64,000 bases of DNA from Candidatus Tayloriibacteriota bacterium. GTDB taxonomy: Bacteria > Patescibacteriota > Minisyncoccia > Phycocordibacterales > UBA6065. Location of the stretch: NCBI GenBank assembly GCA_016215405.1, contig JACRJQ010000007.1, forward strand, positions 71,297-135,296. Reading direction: 5' to 3'. A model generated the notes under the pieces. That model was not told the DNA's origin. It did no database searches and saw nothing but the letters and a program-made list of their open reading frames with translations. Below, in pieces: positions 38,818 through 47,937 of the stretch. Position 1 is the stretch's first letter. Every line of letters begins with the position of its first letter. Both the position numbers and the translations under genes were made by a program.

Positions 38818-40983
38818 ATGGACCTAATCTCTCCCATCGAAAGCCACTTCCGTCTCTTGGGACCCCAGAAGAGCGCCCTAAGGAAGCTCGGCATATCGAC
38901 CGTCGAGGACCTTCTCTACCACTTCCCCGTCCGATACGGCGACACTGCGGAATCGCGCAACATCGCGAGCCTCAGGAAAGGCGATGAGGCCGTCGTATAC
39001 GGCAAGATCTCGAGGCTCAAGACGTCGAAAGGGTTCCGCACCAAGATCGCGATGGCGGACGGGGTCGTCGTCGACGATACCGGCTCCATAAAGTGCGTCT
39101 GGTTCAACCAGCCCTACCTCGCGAAGATGATCCCCGACGAGGCGCTGGTCCGCGTCGAGGGGAAGGTCTCGGAGAGGAAGAAAGACGGCGAGCTCTACCT
39201 CTCGAATCCGAAGATCGAGAGGGTCGACAAGCTCCCGACCGCCGTAGGCGACTCTCTCTTCGGCTCGGACGGAGGGATTCACACGCTCTATCCCGTCTAC
39301 CCGGAATCGCGCGGAATAACGTCTAACTGGTTCTATCACGCGATACAAAAGGCGTTCAAAAGCGGCATCCTCGACGCGCTCGAAGACCCTCTGCCTCCTG
39401 AGATACTAGAAAGATACAGTCTCCCTACGCTGCGCACAGCGCTCGTCTGGATGCACGCGCCCCAAAAGGACGCGGACGCCCACGCCGCCCGAAAGCGGTT
39501 CGCCTTCGAAGAGGTGTTCTTCATACAGCTCGAACGGCAGAGGGAGAGGAGGGAGTGGAAAAAGAACCCCGCGTTCGTTATAGAGCCGAAGCCTGAAGTC
39601 ATAGAGCGCTTCGTCTCGCGCTTTCCCTTCCCTCTCACCTCGGCCCAGTCAAAGGCCATATCCGACGTGCTCGACGATTTCAAGAAAGGCAACGCTATGG
39701 CGCGCCTCCTCGAAGGCGACGTGGGCTCCGGCAAAACCGCCGTAGCGGCGGCGACCGCGCACGCCGCTATCATGACCCGGCCCCGCGGCCAGGATTACGG
39801 GTCGCTCCAGGTCGCCTATATGGCGCCGACCGAGATCCTCGCGGCCCAACACTTCGAGTCTTTCATCCAGTACTTCGAGCACACGGGGATATCGATCGGC
39901 CTCATCACCGGCTCCGGCTGCAGGAAATTCCCATCCAAAGTAAACCCTAGAGGGTGGACCGACATATCGAGGACGCAGCTCCTTAAATGGGTGGGTAACG
40001 GAGAGATCCCTATACTCATAGGCACCCATGCCCTCATCCAAAAGTCGGTGAAGTTCAAGAACCTCGCCTACGCCATCGTCGACGAGCAGCACCGCTTCGG
40101 CACGGCCCAGAGGCAAAAGCTCGTCCGCAAAGACGAAATCCACCCCCACCTCCTCTCCATGACCGCGACGCCTATACCGCGCACGCTCGCCCTCACTATT
40201 TACGGCGACCTCGACATCACGCTCCTCGACCAAATGCCCCACGGGCGAAAGCCCATCGTCACCGAGATCGTGCTTAAAACCAAGCGCGACGAGATGTACG
40301 AGAAGGTCCGACGCGAATTGAGGCTCGGACGGCAGGCCTACGTCATATGCCCCCGCATAGACGAGCCGGATCCAGCCAAAGAGATGGCCGTATTGGCGAA
40401 ATCCGTCAAAGAAGAGGCCAAAAGGCTCCAGGATTCGGTCTTCAAGGAGTACGAGATAGGCATCCTGCACTCCAAGATGAAGGACGCGGAAAAAGAAAGG
40501 GTGATGGCGGAATTTAAAAAGGGCTCGATCCACATCCTTGTCGCCACTTCGGTCGTCGAGGTGGGCGTGAACGTCCCCAACGCGACGGTCATCCTCATCG
40601 AGGGCGCCGAGAGGTTCGGGCTTTCTCAGCTTCACCAGCTGCGCGGCCGCGTCGTGCGCTCGAACCATCAGGCATACTGCTTCGTCTACGCCGAGACCCA
40701 GAGCCAAAAGACTATCGACCGTCTCAAAGCCCTCACCACCGCGAAGAACGGCTTCGAGCTCGCCGAATTCGACCTGAAATTCCGCGGCGCCGGAGAGCTC
40801 TACGGCAAAAGGCAGTGGGGCATCTCGGACGTGGGCATGGAGGCGATAAAGAACATAAAGATGGTCGAGGCAGCGAGGACGGAGGCCGTACGCATCGTAG
40901 AGTCAGACGGCTCGCTCGCGAACCTGCCTCTCCTGCGCGCGAAGCTCGACGAGCGCAAGAGCCAGAGGATACACTTCGAATAG
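38818..40983 (+). CDS. recG: ATP-dependent DNA helicase RecG
   Basis: 721 aa; wedge domain, Walker A GDVGSGKT, DEQH box, helicase C motifs. Confidence 0.9.
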   Translation: MDLISPIESHFRLLGPQKSALRKLGISTVEDLLYHFPVRYGDTAESRNIASLRKGDEAVVYGKISRLKTSKGFRTKIAMADGVVVDDTGSIKCVWFNQPYLAKMIPDEALVRVEGKVSERKKDGELYLSNPKIERVDKLPTAVGDSLFGSDGGIHTLYPVYPESRGITSNWFYHAIQKAFKSGILDALEDPLPPEILERYSLPTLRTALVWMHAPQKDADAHAARKRFAFEEVFFIQLERQRERREWKKNPAFVIEPKPEVIERFVSRFPFPLTSAQSKAISDVLDDFKKGNAMARLLEGDVGSGKTAVAAATAHAAIMTRPRGQDYGSLQVAYMAPTEILAAQHFESFIQYFEHTGISIGLITGSGCRKFPSKVNPRGWTDISRTQLLKWVGNGEIPILIGTHALIQKSVKFKNLAYAIVDEQHRFGTAQRQKLVRKDEIHPHLLSMTATPIPRTLALTIYGDLDITLLDQMPHGRKPIVTEIVLKTKRDEMYEKVRRELRLGRQAYVICPRIDEPDPAKEMAVLAKSVKEEAKRLQDSVFKEYEIGILHSKMKDAEKERVMAEFKKGSIHILVATSVVEVGVNVPNATVILIEGAERFGLSQLHQLRGRVVRSNHQAYCFVYAETQSQKTIDRLKALTTAKNGFELAEFDLKFRGAGELYGKRQWGISDVGMEAIKNIKMVEAARTEAVRIVESDGSLANLPLLRAKLDERKSQRIHFE

Positions 40984-41805
40984 CTACCTCTCCGCGAGCC
41001 TATCGAGCCGGCCCGCTTCTGCGGCGTACATCTTCCCGACCTCGCTCGCCGTGAGCGCTTTCGTGAATATGCGCACGTTATCTATCTTGCCGTCGAAGGT
41101 GGTGCCCGCGGTGCATGCGTCGGCGCCTATGCTGTAAGGGTTGTCGTTTATGCCGTTCTCGCTCGTATAGCTCCACGTCCCTTGGCCCTTGAGGACTCCG
41201 TCGAGGTATATCTTTATGCGAGTGTTGCTAAGTCCGGTCGGATGCTCGTGCGTGAGAACGGCGTTATACCACCTATCCGTCGCTATCGGCCCGCCGGAGG
41301 CGTTGTTATAGACGGTCCCGTAGAGATTCGCGTTGTCGTGATAGATCCCCCATTCATAGCAGTTATCGGAAAATATCCTCCTTGTGCCCGAAAGCGAGTC
41401 GGCTTTGAACCAGAGCGAGAGCGTGCTCGGGCCGTGTATCGTATCGAACGCTATCTGGTTAGCGATCCTCACGGAATCGTCCGACCCGTCGAAATCGATC
41501 GAGCAGCCTCCTCCGTAAGGCACGTCCGAAGAAGACCAGGTCGGCCCGTTCGTAAGGACGCCGTTGTTATTGAATCCCGACCGGTCTGTCGCCGTAGCGC
41601 CCGAACAATTGTCGAGATCGAGCACGGCGACCGCCGCCTCTCCCGCGAGCCTCGATGCTTGGGCCTCGAATTGCCTGCCTGCGGCGACGCGCGCCTTGTC
41701 CCTCGATGAGTTGAGGGATGAAAGGACGACAGACGAAAGGAGCGATATGATCGATATCACCACCAAAAGCTCTATGAGGGTAAAGCCTGAGCGCTCCCGC
41801 TTCAT
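40984..41805 (-). CDS. type IV pilin-like protein with a LamG/concanavalin-A-like lectin domain
   Basis: MKRERSGFTLIELLVVISIISLL prepilin signal, then LSLWFKADSL...DGKIDNVRIF LamG-type beta-sandwich motifs. Confidence 0.75.
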   Translation of the reverse strand: MKRERSGFTLIELLVVISIISLLSSVVLSSLNSSRDKARVAAGRQFEAQASRLAGEAAVAVLDLDNCSGATATDRSGFNNNGVLTNGPTWSSSDVPYGGGCSIDFDGSDDSVRIANQIAFDTIHGPSTLSLWFKADSLSGTRRIFSDNCYEWGIYHDNANLYGTVYNNASGGPIATDRWYNAVLTHEHPTGLSNTRIKIYLDGVLKGQGTWSYTSENGINDNPYSIGADACTAGTTFDGKIDNVRIFTKALTASEVGKMYAAEAGRLDRLAER

Positions 41806-41898
41806 ACACGACGATAATATCATGTTTTAATCGAGGAACAGGGCGATTTTGAATTATATGCAATCTGGTTTAGTATAACGATTGCCTTTCTCTTAGAC

Positions 41899-41972
41899 GC
41901 GCCTATAGCTCAGTTGGTTAGAGCATCGAGCTTATACCTCGAGGGTCCTTGGTTCGAGTCCAAGTAGGCGCA
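41899..41972 (+). tRNA. tRNA-Ile (anticodon TAT)
   Basis: Acceptor GCGCCTA/TAGGCGC, anticodon stem TCGAG/CTCGA with loop CTTATAC, T-arm CTTGGTTCGAGTCCAAG. Confidence 0.8.
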
Positions 41973-41980
41973 CCGACATA

Positions 41981-42005
41981 AAAAATCCGCCTCGGGCGGA
42001 TTTTT
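41981..42005 (+). terminator. intrinsic terminator after tRNA-Ile
   Basis: aaaaatccgcc-tcg-ggcggattttt. Confidence 0.6.
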
Positions 42006-42116
42006 ACCCGGTGCGAGACGGAACCGAAGGCGTTTCAACCGACAGCGAAAACGATCCTCAGCCACATAGAAGAAGCGGTAGCGAGGGTTTATCAAGCGAG
42101 GCTCTTCTCTGAAAAG

Positions 42117-42554
42117 TTGGTATACTATCGTCCAAACCCCCCTTCCGAAACCTCAGCCATACCTACCATGAAAAAAGTGATCGCGTTCTTTGTCGTGATC
42201 TATGAGAATCGTCTCGTCGCGATGCGACGGGGCCCTTACGTAGGACTGCCCCAAGCGGTCCTATCCTATACGGAGGAGATCAGCACCTGCGCCGAACGCG
42301 CCGTCGGCAGATGCGCCATCCTCCGTTCGCTCGGGCGATGGGTCGACCTCGGCGGCGAGGACGGAGAATGGGACGGAGAGCCTGTCTCTTTCCGGATCTT
42401 CTTCTTTCCCAACGCCGAAGCGATGATCGCTCCGACCCACCCTGACGCCACCCTCGTCGACATCGACGCCCTCTCCGGAGAGCCCGACGTCTCGATCCAC
42501 CTTTTGAGGCGTCTCGGGTGGAGGGCTCCCTCGCAGGTAGCACTGAGCGCCTGA
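42117..42554 (+). CDS. hypothetical protein
   Basis: 145 aa; possible internal start at MKKVIAFF; no family recognised. Confidence 0.4.
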   Translation: MVYYRPNPPSETSAIPTMKKVIAFFVVIYENRLVAMRRGPYVGLPQAVLSYTEEISTCAERAVGRCAILRSLGRWVDLGGEDGEWDGEPVSFRIFFFPNAEAMIAPTHPDATLVDIDALSGEPDVSIHLLRRLGWRAPSQVALSA

Positions 42555-42632
42555 CGCCCTTTCATACGCGCGACCCTCTCAATGCCGAAGCCGCCTCGAG
42601 TAAAGGCGGCTTCTCTATTTTCTTATGTATCC

Positions 42633-44567
42633 TTACGGCTGGTGCTCTATGTCTTTCTTCTTCTTCGGTATCACTCCATGAGCGACGAGTATCTTCTCGA
42701 AATCGTCCCTCTCGATGGTCTCTGCTTCCATGAGCCTCTCCGCGATCGCGTCGAGAAGCTTCCTGTGGGTCTTGACGGTCTTCTCCGCTTTCTCCATACC
42801 TTCCGTCATTATCGACTTCACCTCGGCGTCTATCTCGGCGGCGACCCTCTCCGAATACTCGCCCTCGTCGACGCCTTTGCCGAAGAGCACCCGCCCGCCC
42901 GCGCTCTCGAGTGCGACAGGGCCCATCTTCTCCGACATGCCGTATTTAGTGACCATGTCGCGCGCGAGCGCGGTCGAGACCTGAAGATCGTTCGAAGGGC
43001 CGGTCGTAAGGTCCCCGAATATCATCCTCTCCGTGACATAGCCGCCGAGAGAGACCGCGATGTCGTCGAGGAATTCCCTCTTGGACTGGAGCTTCCTGTC
43101 TTCGAGAGGCAGATGGAGCACGTACCCGGCCGCCCTACCTCTCGAGATTATCGATATCTTATGCACCGGATCCGCGTAATCGAGGACCGAGGAGACGACC
43201 GCGTGGCCCGCCTCGTGGTACGCGGTTATCTTCTTCTCTTCCATAGAGAGGAGATGGCTCTTGCGCTCGGGGCCGAGCATGACTTTTTCGATGGCGCGGA
43301 TAAGGTCGTACTGAGAGACCTTCGTCCTGTTCTCGCGCGCGGCGAGTATGGCGCCCTCGTTCATGAGGGAGTAGAGGTCTGCGCCCGAGAACCCAGGCGT
43401 CCTCTCTGCCACGACGCGCAGGTTCACATCCTCGGCGAACGGCTTCTTACGGGCATGTATCTTGAGGATCTCCTCACGGTCGTTTCGGTCGGGGACGTCT
43501 ATGGTGACGCGACGGTCGAATCGTCCGGGCCTTAGGAGCGCGGGGTCGAGGACATCGGGCCTGTTCGTCGCCGCCATGACGATGACCTTCTCGTTCGGCT
43601 CGAAGCCGTCCATCTCGACGAGTATCTGATTGAGGGTCTGCTCCCTTTCGTCGTTGCCGCCTCCCATGCCTACGCCGCGCGAGCGCCCCACGGCGTCTAT
43701 CTCGTCGACGAATATGATGGCGGGTGCCGCCGCCTTCGCCATCTTGAAAAGGTCGCGCACGCGCGAAGCGCCGACGCCCACGAACATCTCGACGAACTCG
43801 GATCCCGAGATCGAGAAGAACGCGACGCCCGCCTCGCCCGCCACCGCTCGCGCGAGGAGGGTCTTACCCGTTCCCGGAGCGCCCATGAGGAGGATGCCCT
43901 TCGGTATGACCGCCCCCACGTCGAGGAACTTCTTCGGGTTCTTGAGGAAGTCTACGATCTCCATGAGCTCCTGCTTCGCTTCTCTCGCGCCCGCGACGTC
44001 CTTGAACGTCACCTTCTGCTTCTTGTCCTGGGGCAACGTTATGCGCGCCTTCGACTGGCCGAAGGAGAATGCCTGCATGCCCGCGCCCTTGACCTGCCGC
44101 GAGAGGAGCCAGATGAAGAATCCTATGAATACGAGCGGGATGAGGAACGGCGCGAGGTTGAGTATCCAATAGCCTGCGCCGCCCGGCTCCTTGACGTCGA
44201 TCTTCACCGCCGCGATCTGCGACGGCAGGACGCCGTAGTTCGTGAGGGTGGACGTGAGAGCGTTGTCAGACTCTTTTTTTGAGCTCTTGATCGTGCCGTC
44301 GGCATAGGTCGCTTTGAGGCTGTCTCCGTCGACCTCGATGGACGTCACCATGCCCTTCGAGACATCGACCGAGAGCTCGGAGAGCGACACGAGGACCTTC
44401 TCCTCCTGCGACGACGTGAGGATCGAATAGAGTGCGATGAGGAGGAAGAATATGAGAAGCCCCGTACCGAAGCTGCCCAGGAATCGCCCTAGGTTCTGGC
44501 GCGGGTCCCCTTTCTTTTTGCCTCCGCCCTTGCGAGGCTCGCGTTGTATTTGAAATTGAAGTGGCAT
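42633..44567 (-). CDS. ftsH: ATP-dependent zinc metalloprotease FtsH
   Basis: 644 aa; 2 TM, AAA+ Walker [17 protein letters not shown] zinc-binding motif. Confidence 0.95.
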   Translation of the reverse strand: MPLQFQIQREPRKGGGKKKGDPRQNLGRFLGSFGTGLLIFFLLIALYSILTSSQEEKVLVSLSELSVDVSKGMVTSIEVDGDSLKATYADGTIKSSKKESDNALTSTLTNYGVLPSQIAAVKIDVKEPGGAGYWILNLAPFLIPLVFIGFFIWLLSRQVKGAGMQAFSFGQSKARITLPQDKKQKVTFKDVAGAREAKQELMEIVDFLKNPKKFLDVGAVIPKGILLMGAPGTGKTLLARAVAGEAGVAFFSISGSEFVEMFVGVGASRVRDLFKMAKAAAPAIIFVDEIDAVGRSRGVGMGGGNDEREQTLNQILVEMDGFEPNEKVIVMAATNRPDVLDPALLRPGRFDRRVTIDVPDRNDREEILKIHARKKPFAEDVNLRVVAERTPGFSGADLYSLMNEGAILAARENRTKVSQYDLIRAIEKVMLGPERKSHLLSMEEKKITAYHEAGHAVVSSVLDYADPVHKISIISRGRAAGYVLHLPLEDRKLQSKREFLDDIAVSLGGYVTERMIFGDLTTGPSNDLQVSTALARDMVTKYGMSEKMGPVALESAGGRVLFGKGVDEGEYSERVAAEIDAEVKSIMTEGMEKAEKTVKTHRKLLDAIAERLMEAETIERDDFEKILVAHGVIPKKKKDIEHQP

Positions 44568-44644
44568 GAAAAGGATTATAGCAGAAACAGGCCGAAATGA
44601 AGCGCTTATTATCGATATGGATTCTAATGTGTTAGCATCTCCGT

Positions 44645-45091
44645 ATGGCCTTGGCCGACAACAAAAAAGCGCGATTCGACTACGAGATAATCGAGACCAT
44701 CGAGGCCGGGATCGAGCTTTTAGGCATGGAAGTTAAGTCCATAAGGACCCACGGAGCGACTTTAGACGGCGCCTACGTAACAATACGAGGCGGAGAGGCG
44801 TATATGATGCAGATGTCCGTGCCTCCCTACCAGCCGACGAACTCGCCGAAGGAGTATGACCCCTTGAGGATCCGCCGGCTCCTCCTTACGAAGAAGGAGA
44901 TACGAAAATTGGCCGATATCGAGGCCGGCAAAGGGTTGACAATAGTGCCAATTAAGGTGTATAATAAAGGGAAGAAGGTCAAGATCGCCATCGGGATCGC
45001 CCGTGGCAAGAAGACCTTCGACAAGAGAGAGTCGATAAAGAAGAGAGAGACGGACAGAGAGTCGAGAAGGACATTGAAATACGAAGAATAG
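44645..45091 (+). CDS. smpB: SsrA-binding protein SmpB
   Basis: 148 aa; NKKARFDYEI...GMEVKSIR N-terminus typical of SmpB. Confidence 0.9.
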   Translation: MALADNKKARFDYEIIETIEAGIELLGMEVKSIRTHGATLDGAYVTIRGGEAYMMQMSVPPYQPTNSPKEYDPLRIRRLLLTKKEIRKLADIEAGKGLTIVPIKVYNKGKKVKIAIGIARGKKTFDKRESIKKRETDRESRRTLKYEE

Positions 45092-45105
45092 TCGGTCGCA
45101 ATAAC

Positions 45106-45495
45106 GGGGATGATCGGCCTAGACATGCGATTCCCTTCCCTTTGCGCGCGATAGAGCTCCGACAACTCTTTAAACTGCCGGAAACCACAAATGCTAAATC
45201 CGTTAAATCGCCGTTTACGGCTAACGATTTTTCATTCGCTTACGCAATAGCCTAAGCGACATCGCACTCCTCGCATTCCTGGCGCGGGAGAGAGCGGTGT
45301 TATAGATCCAGGATAGAGCCCGACCCGCTTCGGTCCCGCTCGAAAGGCTTCGGCCTCATGAAGCTCGGCGCCCGCGCGTTCTGGAACTCTTAGAGCGCGT
45401 CCGCTTAAATCCGCCTTCGGCGGAAAGACTTCCTACATCGCGTAGACACAATCGGAAATTTCGCTTGCACCCGAGTTCGATTCTCGGCATCTCCA
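45106..45495 (+). ncRNA. ssrA: tmRNA (ssrA), one-piece; encoded tag ANDFSFAYAIA
   Basis: Begins GGGGAUGAU 15 nt after smpB. The 5' GGGGAUG pairs with the 3' CAUCUCC including a G3-U70 wobble and A73 discriminator (alanine identity). T-arm CCGAGUUCGAUUCUCGG precedes it. An in-frame GCU AAC GAU UUU UCA UUC GCU UAC GCA AUA GCC UAA (45220-45255) resembles the E. coli ANDENYALAA tag. Confidence 0.75.
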
Positions 45496-45590
45496 CAAAG
45501 CAAGTCGCCCGCAAGGGCGGCTTTTGCTTTGTGGAGATGAGTCGTGCCGGGGGGGGCACGACGTCCGAGAATCGAAGCCCGGTTGAGCAT
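45488..45590. repeat. tRNA-like 3'-flank mirror element downstream of tmRNA
   Basis: catctccacaaagcaag-[tcgcccgcaagggcgg]-cttttgctttgtggagatg long hairpin including the acceptor 3' strand; then gtcgtgcc-gggggg-ggcacgac hairpin; then ccgagaatcgaa, antisense of the tmRNA T-arm. Confidence 0.5.
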
Positions 45591-45808
45591 AATTTATGAG
45601 CAAAGCGAAGTAAATTATCCAACCGCGGGTACTGGTCCTGTAAGGACCGATAAGCGCACTCGCGATCTCGGCTCCACTGCACCATCACCCTTATCCGCGA
45701 TTGGTATCATATATGATACCAATCGTAATCTAACGGTCTGAGGGATCGCGCGTAACCGATGCTCAGACAAATGTATTACACTAAAATGCGAGAACATAAC
45801 ATCCACAT

Positions 45809-46084
45809 ATGACAAAAAGAATATCGATTATCGTCGCGGTCGTGGTCGCATTGCTCATGGTCCCGCTCGTCGCCATGCAGTTTACCGAAGAGGTGCAGTG
45901 GACCGGATCGGACTTCGCCGCCATGGGAGCTCTCCTCTTCATAACAGGCCTTATCCTCGACTTCGCCGTAAGGAAGGCCGGGACGACCCCGCGCAAGATA
46001 GGCTTCGCGGCTGCCATCCTGCTCGGATTCGTCTATATCTGGGCAGAGCTCGCCGTCGGCATCTTCACGAACATCGGAAGCTAG
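45809..46084 (+). CDS. small hypothetical membrane protein
   Basis: 91 aa, 3 TM. Confidence 0.45.
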   Translation: MTKRISIIVAVVVALLMVPLVAMQFTEEVQWTGSDFAAMGALLFITGLILDFAVRKAGTTPRKIGFAAAILLGFVYIWAELAVGIFTNIGS

Positions 46085-46103
46085 AGCGCGTCGAGGGCGG
46101 CGC

Positions 46104-46499
46104 ATGCTAAGATGGCAGAACATGACAAAGAGCCGTCCGAGAAAGGTCCTGGGAAGCTTCCTCGTCTTTTTGGGCTTTTGGCTCTCTCCTCTCTCGCCTT
46201 GGAACGACGTCTTCACGAACGTCCCTATCGCCTATGCGTTCGGCTTCGTCTTCTCGTTCTTCTACCCGCCCCTCTTCTTCCCGCTCGTCGTCATAGGCTA
46301 TTGGCTCACTAACGCCCTCGGGTTCGTCCTCATGCATTACGGATACGCGCACCTGCATTCGCGGCACGGCGCGTATTCTTTCCGAAAGCACTGGAAGACA
46401 TACGCTCTGGCGACCACGCTCTACACCCTCCTTATCGTCGTCCTTATCTGGTACGGCATACTGCCGTCTGCCCAAGAAGTCGTGGGATTCTTCAGATAG
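46104..46499 (+). CDS. hypothetical membrane protein
   Basis: 131 aa, 4 TM, aromatic-rich. Confidence 0.5.
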   Translation: MLRWQNMTKSRPRKVLGSFLVFLGFWLSPLSPWNDVFTNVPIAYAFGFVFSFFYPPLFFPLVVIGYWLTNALGFVLMHYGYAHLHSRHGAYSFRKHWKTYALATTLYTLLIVVLIWYGILPSAQEVVGFFR

Positions 46500-46517
46500 C
46501 GCCCTTTTTTTCAAATA

Positions 46518-46553
46518 AAAGCGGCGCGCTATGTTTCCGTGCGCGCCGCCGCT
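46518..46553. terminator. bidirectional intrinsic terminator
   Basis: aaaagcggcgcgc...gcgcgccgcttgt GC-rich hairpin between convergent genes. Confidence 0.5.
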
Positions 46554-46568
46554 TGTGCGAAACAGGCT

Positions 46569-47513
46569 TCAGCCGCTTCGGCCGGATGAAAGCTTCGCCT
46601 TTACCTCCTCTTGGCTCGGGACAACCACGTCCCAGGCGAGCCCGAGAGCTTCGAGGAGCCTGATGAGCAGGTAGCTTACGTCAGGCTGCCACCAAAAGAG
46701 ACCGTGCTTCGCGGAGCGCTCGAAGGCGTGATGGTTGTGATGCCATCCTTCCCCGAACGCGAGATATCCGAAGAACGCGTTGTTCCTGCTTTGGTCCTTG
46801 GACCTGAACGGCCGAGATCCGAAGATGTGGCAGACCGAGTTGATGCTCCACGTCGTGTGATGGACGAAGAACACGCTCGCGAGGCCGCCCCAGAGAAATC
46901 CGAGGAGAGCGCCCGTCCACGTCCCTTCGATGAGGAAGCCCAGAGCCGCCGGAAAGATGAGGCCCAAGGCAGACCACAGGGCGAAGTGGCGGTTCACGAA
47001 CGACACGTGCCTGTCTCGCATGAGGTCAGGTATGTAACGGGCGTGATCCGAGCGCGAGTCCGAGAGCATCCATCCTATATGCGAATGGACGAAGCCCTTA
47101 AGCGCTCCGAGAAACCCCGACCTGCCTGCGTTAGGCGAATGGGGATCCTCTTCGGTATCGCTGTGGACGTGATGCCTGCGGTGGTCCGCTACCCAGACGA
47201 AAGGCTTGCCCTCGATCGCCATGGAACCCATGACTGTAAGGACGACCTTTACCCACGGGACCGTCTTGAACGACTTGTGGGTCAAGAGGCGGTGAAAGCC
47301 GACTGTGATGCCCAGGATCCGCATGGCCGATAAGGCCGCGAAGAGCCCGAACGATACGAGGTCGATCCCTTTTCCCCACGAGAGGATGATGGCCGCGACG
47401 AGGCCAGCGAAAGGGACGATGACGGTCGCGAGGACGGCGCCTTTGGGGGCGCTGACGTTTACTTCATTCATAAATGAGCTGGAGTTGAAGGTGTATTTTC
47501 GTGAGTATAGCAC
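46569..47513 (-). CDS. acyl-lipid/acyl-CoA fatty acid desaturase (membrane, di-iron)
   Basis: Three His boxes HRLLTHKSF, HRRHHVHSD, HHNHHAF; the start is likely the internal MNEV. Confidence 0.85.
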   Translation of the reverse strand: MLYSRKYTFNSSSFMNEVNVSAPKGAVLATVIVPFAGLVAAIILSWGKGIDLVSFGLFAALSAMRILGITVGFHRLLTHKSFKTVPWVKVVLTVMGSMAIEGKPFVWVADHRRHHVHSDTEEDPHSPNAGRSGFLGALKGFVHSHIGWMLSDSRSDHARYIPDLMRDRHVSFVNRHFALWSALGLIFPAALGFLIEGTWTGALLGFLWGGLASVFFVHHTTWSINSVCHIFGSRPFRSKDQSRNNAFFGYLAFGEGWHHNHHAFERSAKHGLFWWQPDVSYLLIRLLEALGLAWDVVVPSQEEVKAKLSSGRSG

Positions 47514-47582
47514 GCGCCCTCCCCTCCCATTCCCAGGGCTCCTGCCATAGACTAGGCATAGTACCTTGCATCACAAGGTACT

Positions 47583-47933
47583 ATGCGATATGCTTTGCAT
47601 ATGAAGGAAATTAACATCGAAAAGACGAAGACGGAGATGCGGCGCGGGATGCTCGAATACTGCATCCTCCTCATCATCTCGAAGGGATCGGTCTACGCGA
47701 CGGATATACTCAACAAGCTCAAAGAGGCGAACCTGATCGTCGTCGAGGGCACGCTCTATCCCCTGCTCTCGCGGCTGCGCTCCGAAGGGCTCCTCGACTA
47801 CGAATGGGAAGAGTCGAGGTCCGGGCCGCCGCGGAAGTACTACACCCTCACGGCCCGCGGCAAGGAGAATCTCTCAGAGCTCAAGGCGACGTGGAAATCC
47901 CTCTCGGCATCGGTTAGCACACTTATGAACTAA
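47583..47933 (+). CDS. PadR family transcriptional regulator
   Basis: GMLEYCILLIISKGSVYATDILNKL...EGTLYPLLSRLRSEGLL winged HTH of the PadR family. Confidence 0.85.
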   Translation: MRYALHMKEINIEKTKTEMRRGMLEYCILLIISKGSVYATDILNKLKEANLIVVEGTLYPLLSRLRSEGLLDYEWEESRSGPPRKYYTLTARGKENLSELKATWKSLSASVSTLMN

Positions 47934-47937
47934 ATAT

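Noticed and set aside
39649-40707. 352-aa minus-strand ORF
   Set aside because: Antisense to recG.
42582-43535. 317-aa plus-strand ORF
   Set aside because: Antisense to ftsH.
45460-45600. Circularly permuted (two-piece) tmRNA
   Set aside because: A canonical 5' end (GGGGAUGAU), the tag ORF and the 3' T-arm/acceptor are collinear in the normal order upstream (45106-45495). The downstream ggagatg is explained by the flank hairpin/mirror architecture also seen at four tRNA genes.
45356-45815. Small ORFs (110, 61, 65 and 66 aa) in the smpB downstream region
   Set aside because: They overlap the tmRNA gene and its flank hairpins; RNA-gene features explain the region.
46611-47333. 240-aa plus-strand ORF
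   Set aside because: Antisense to the fatty-acid desaturase gene.
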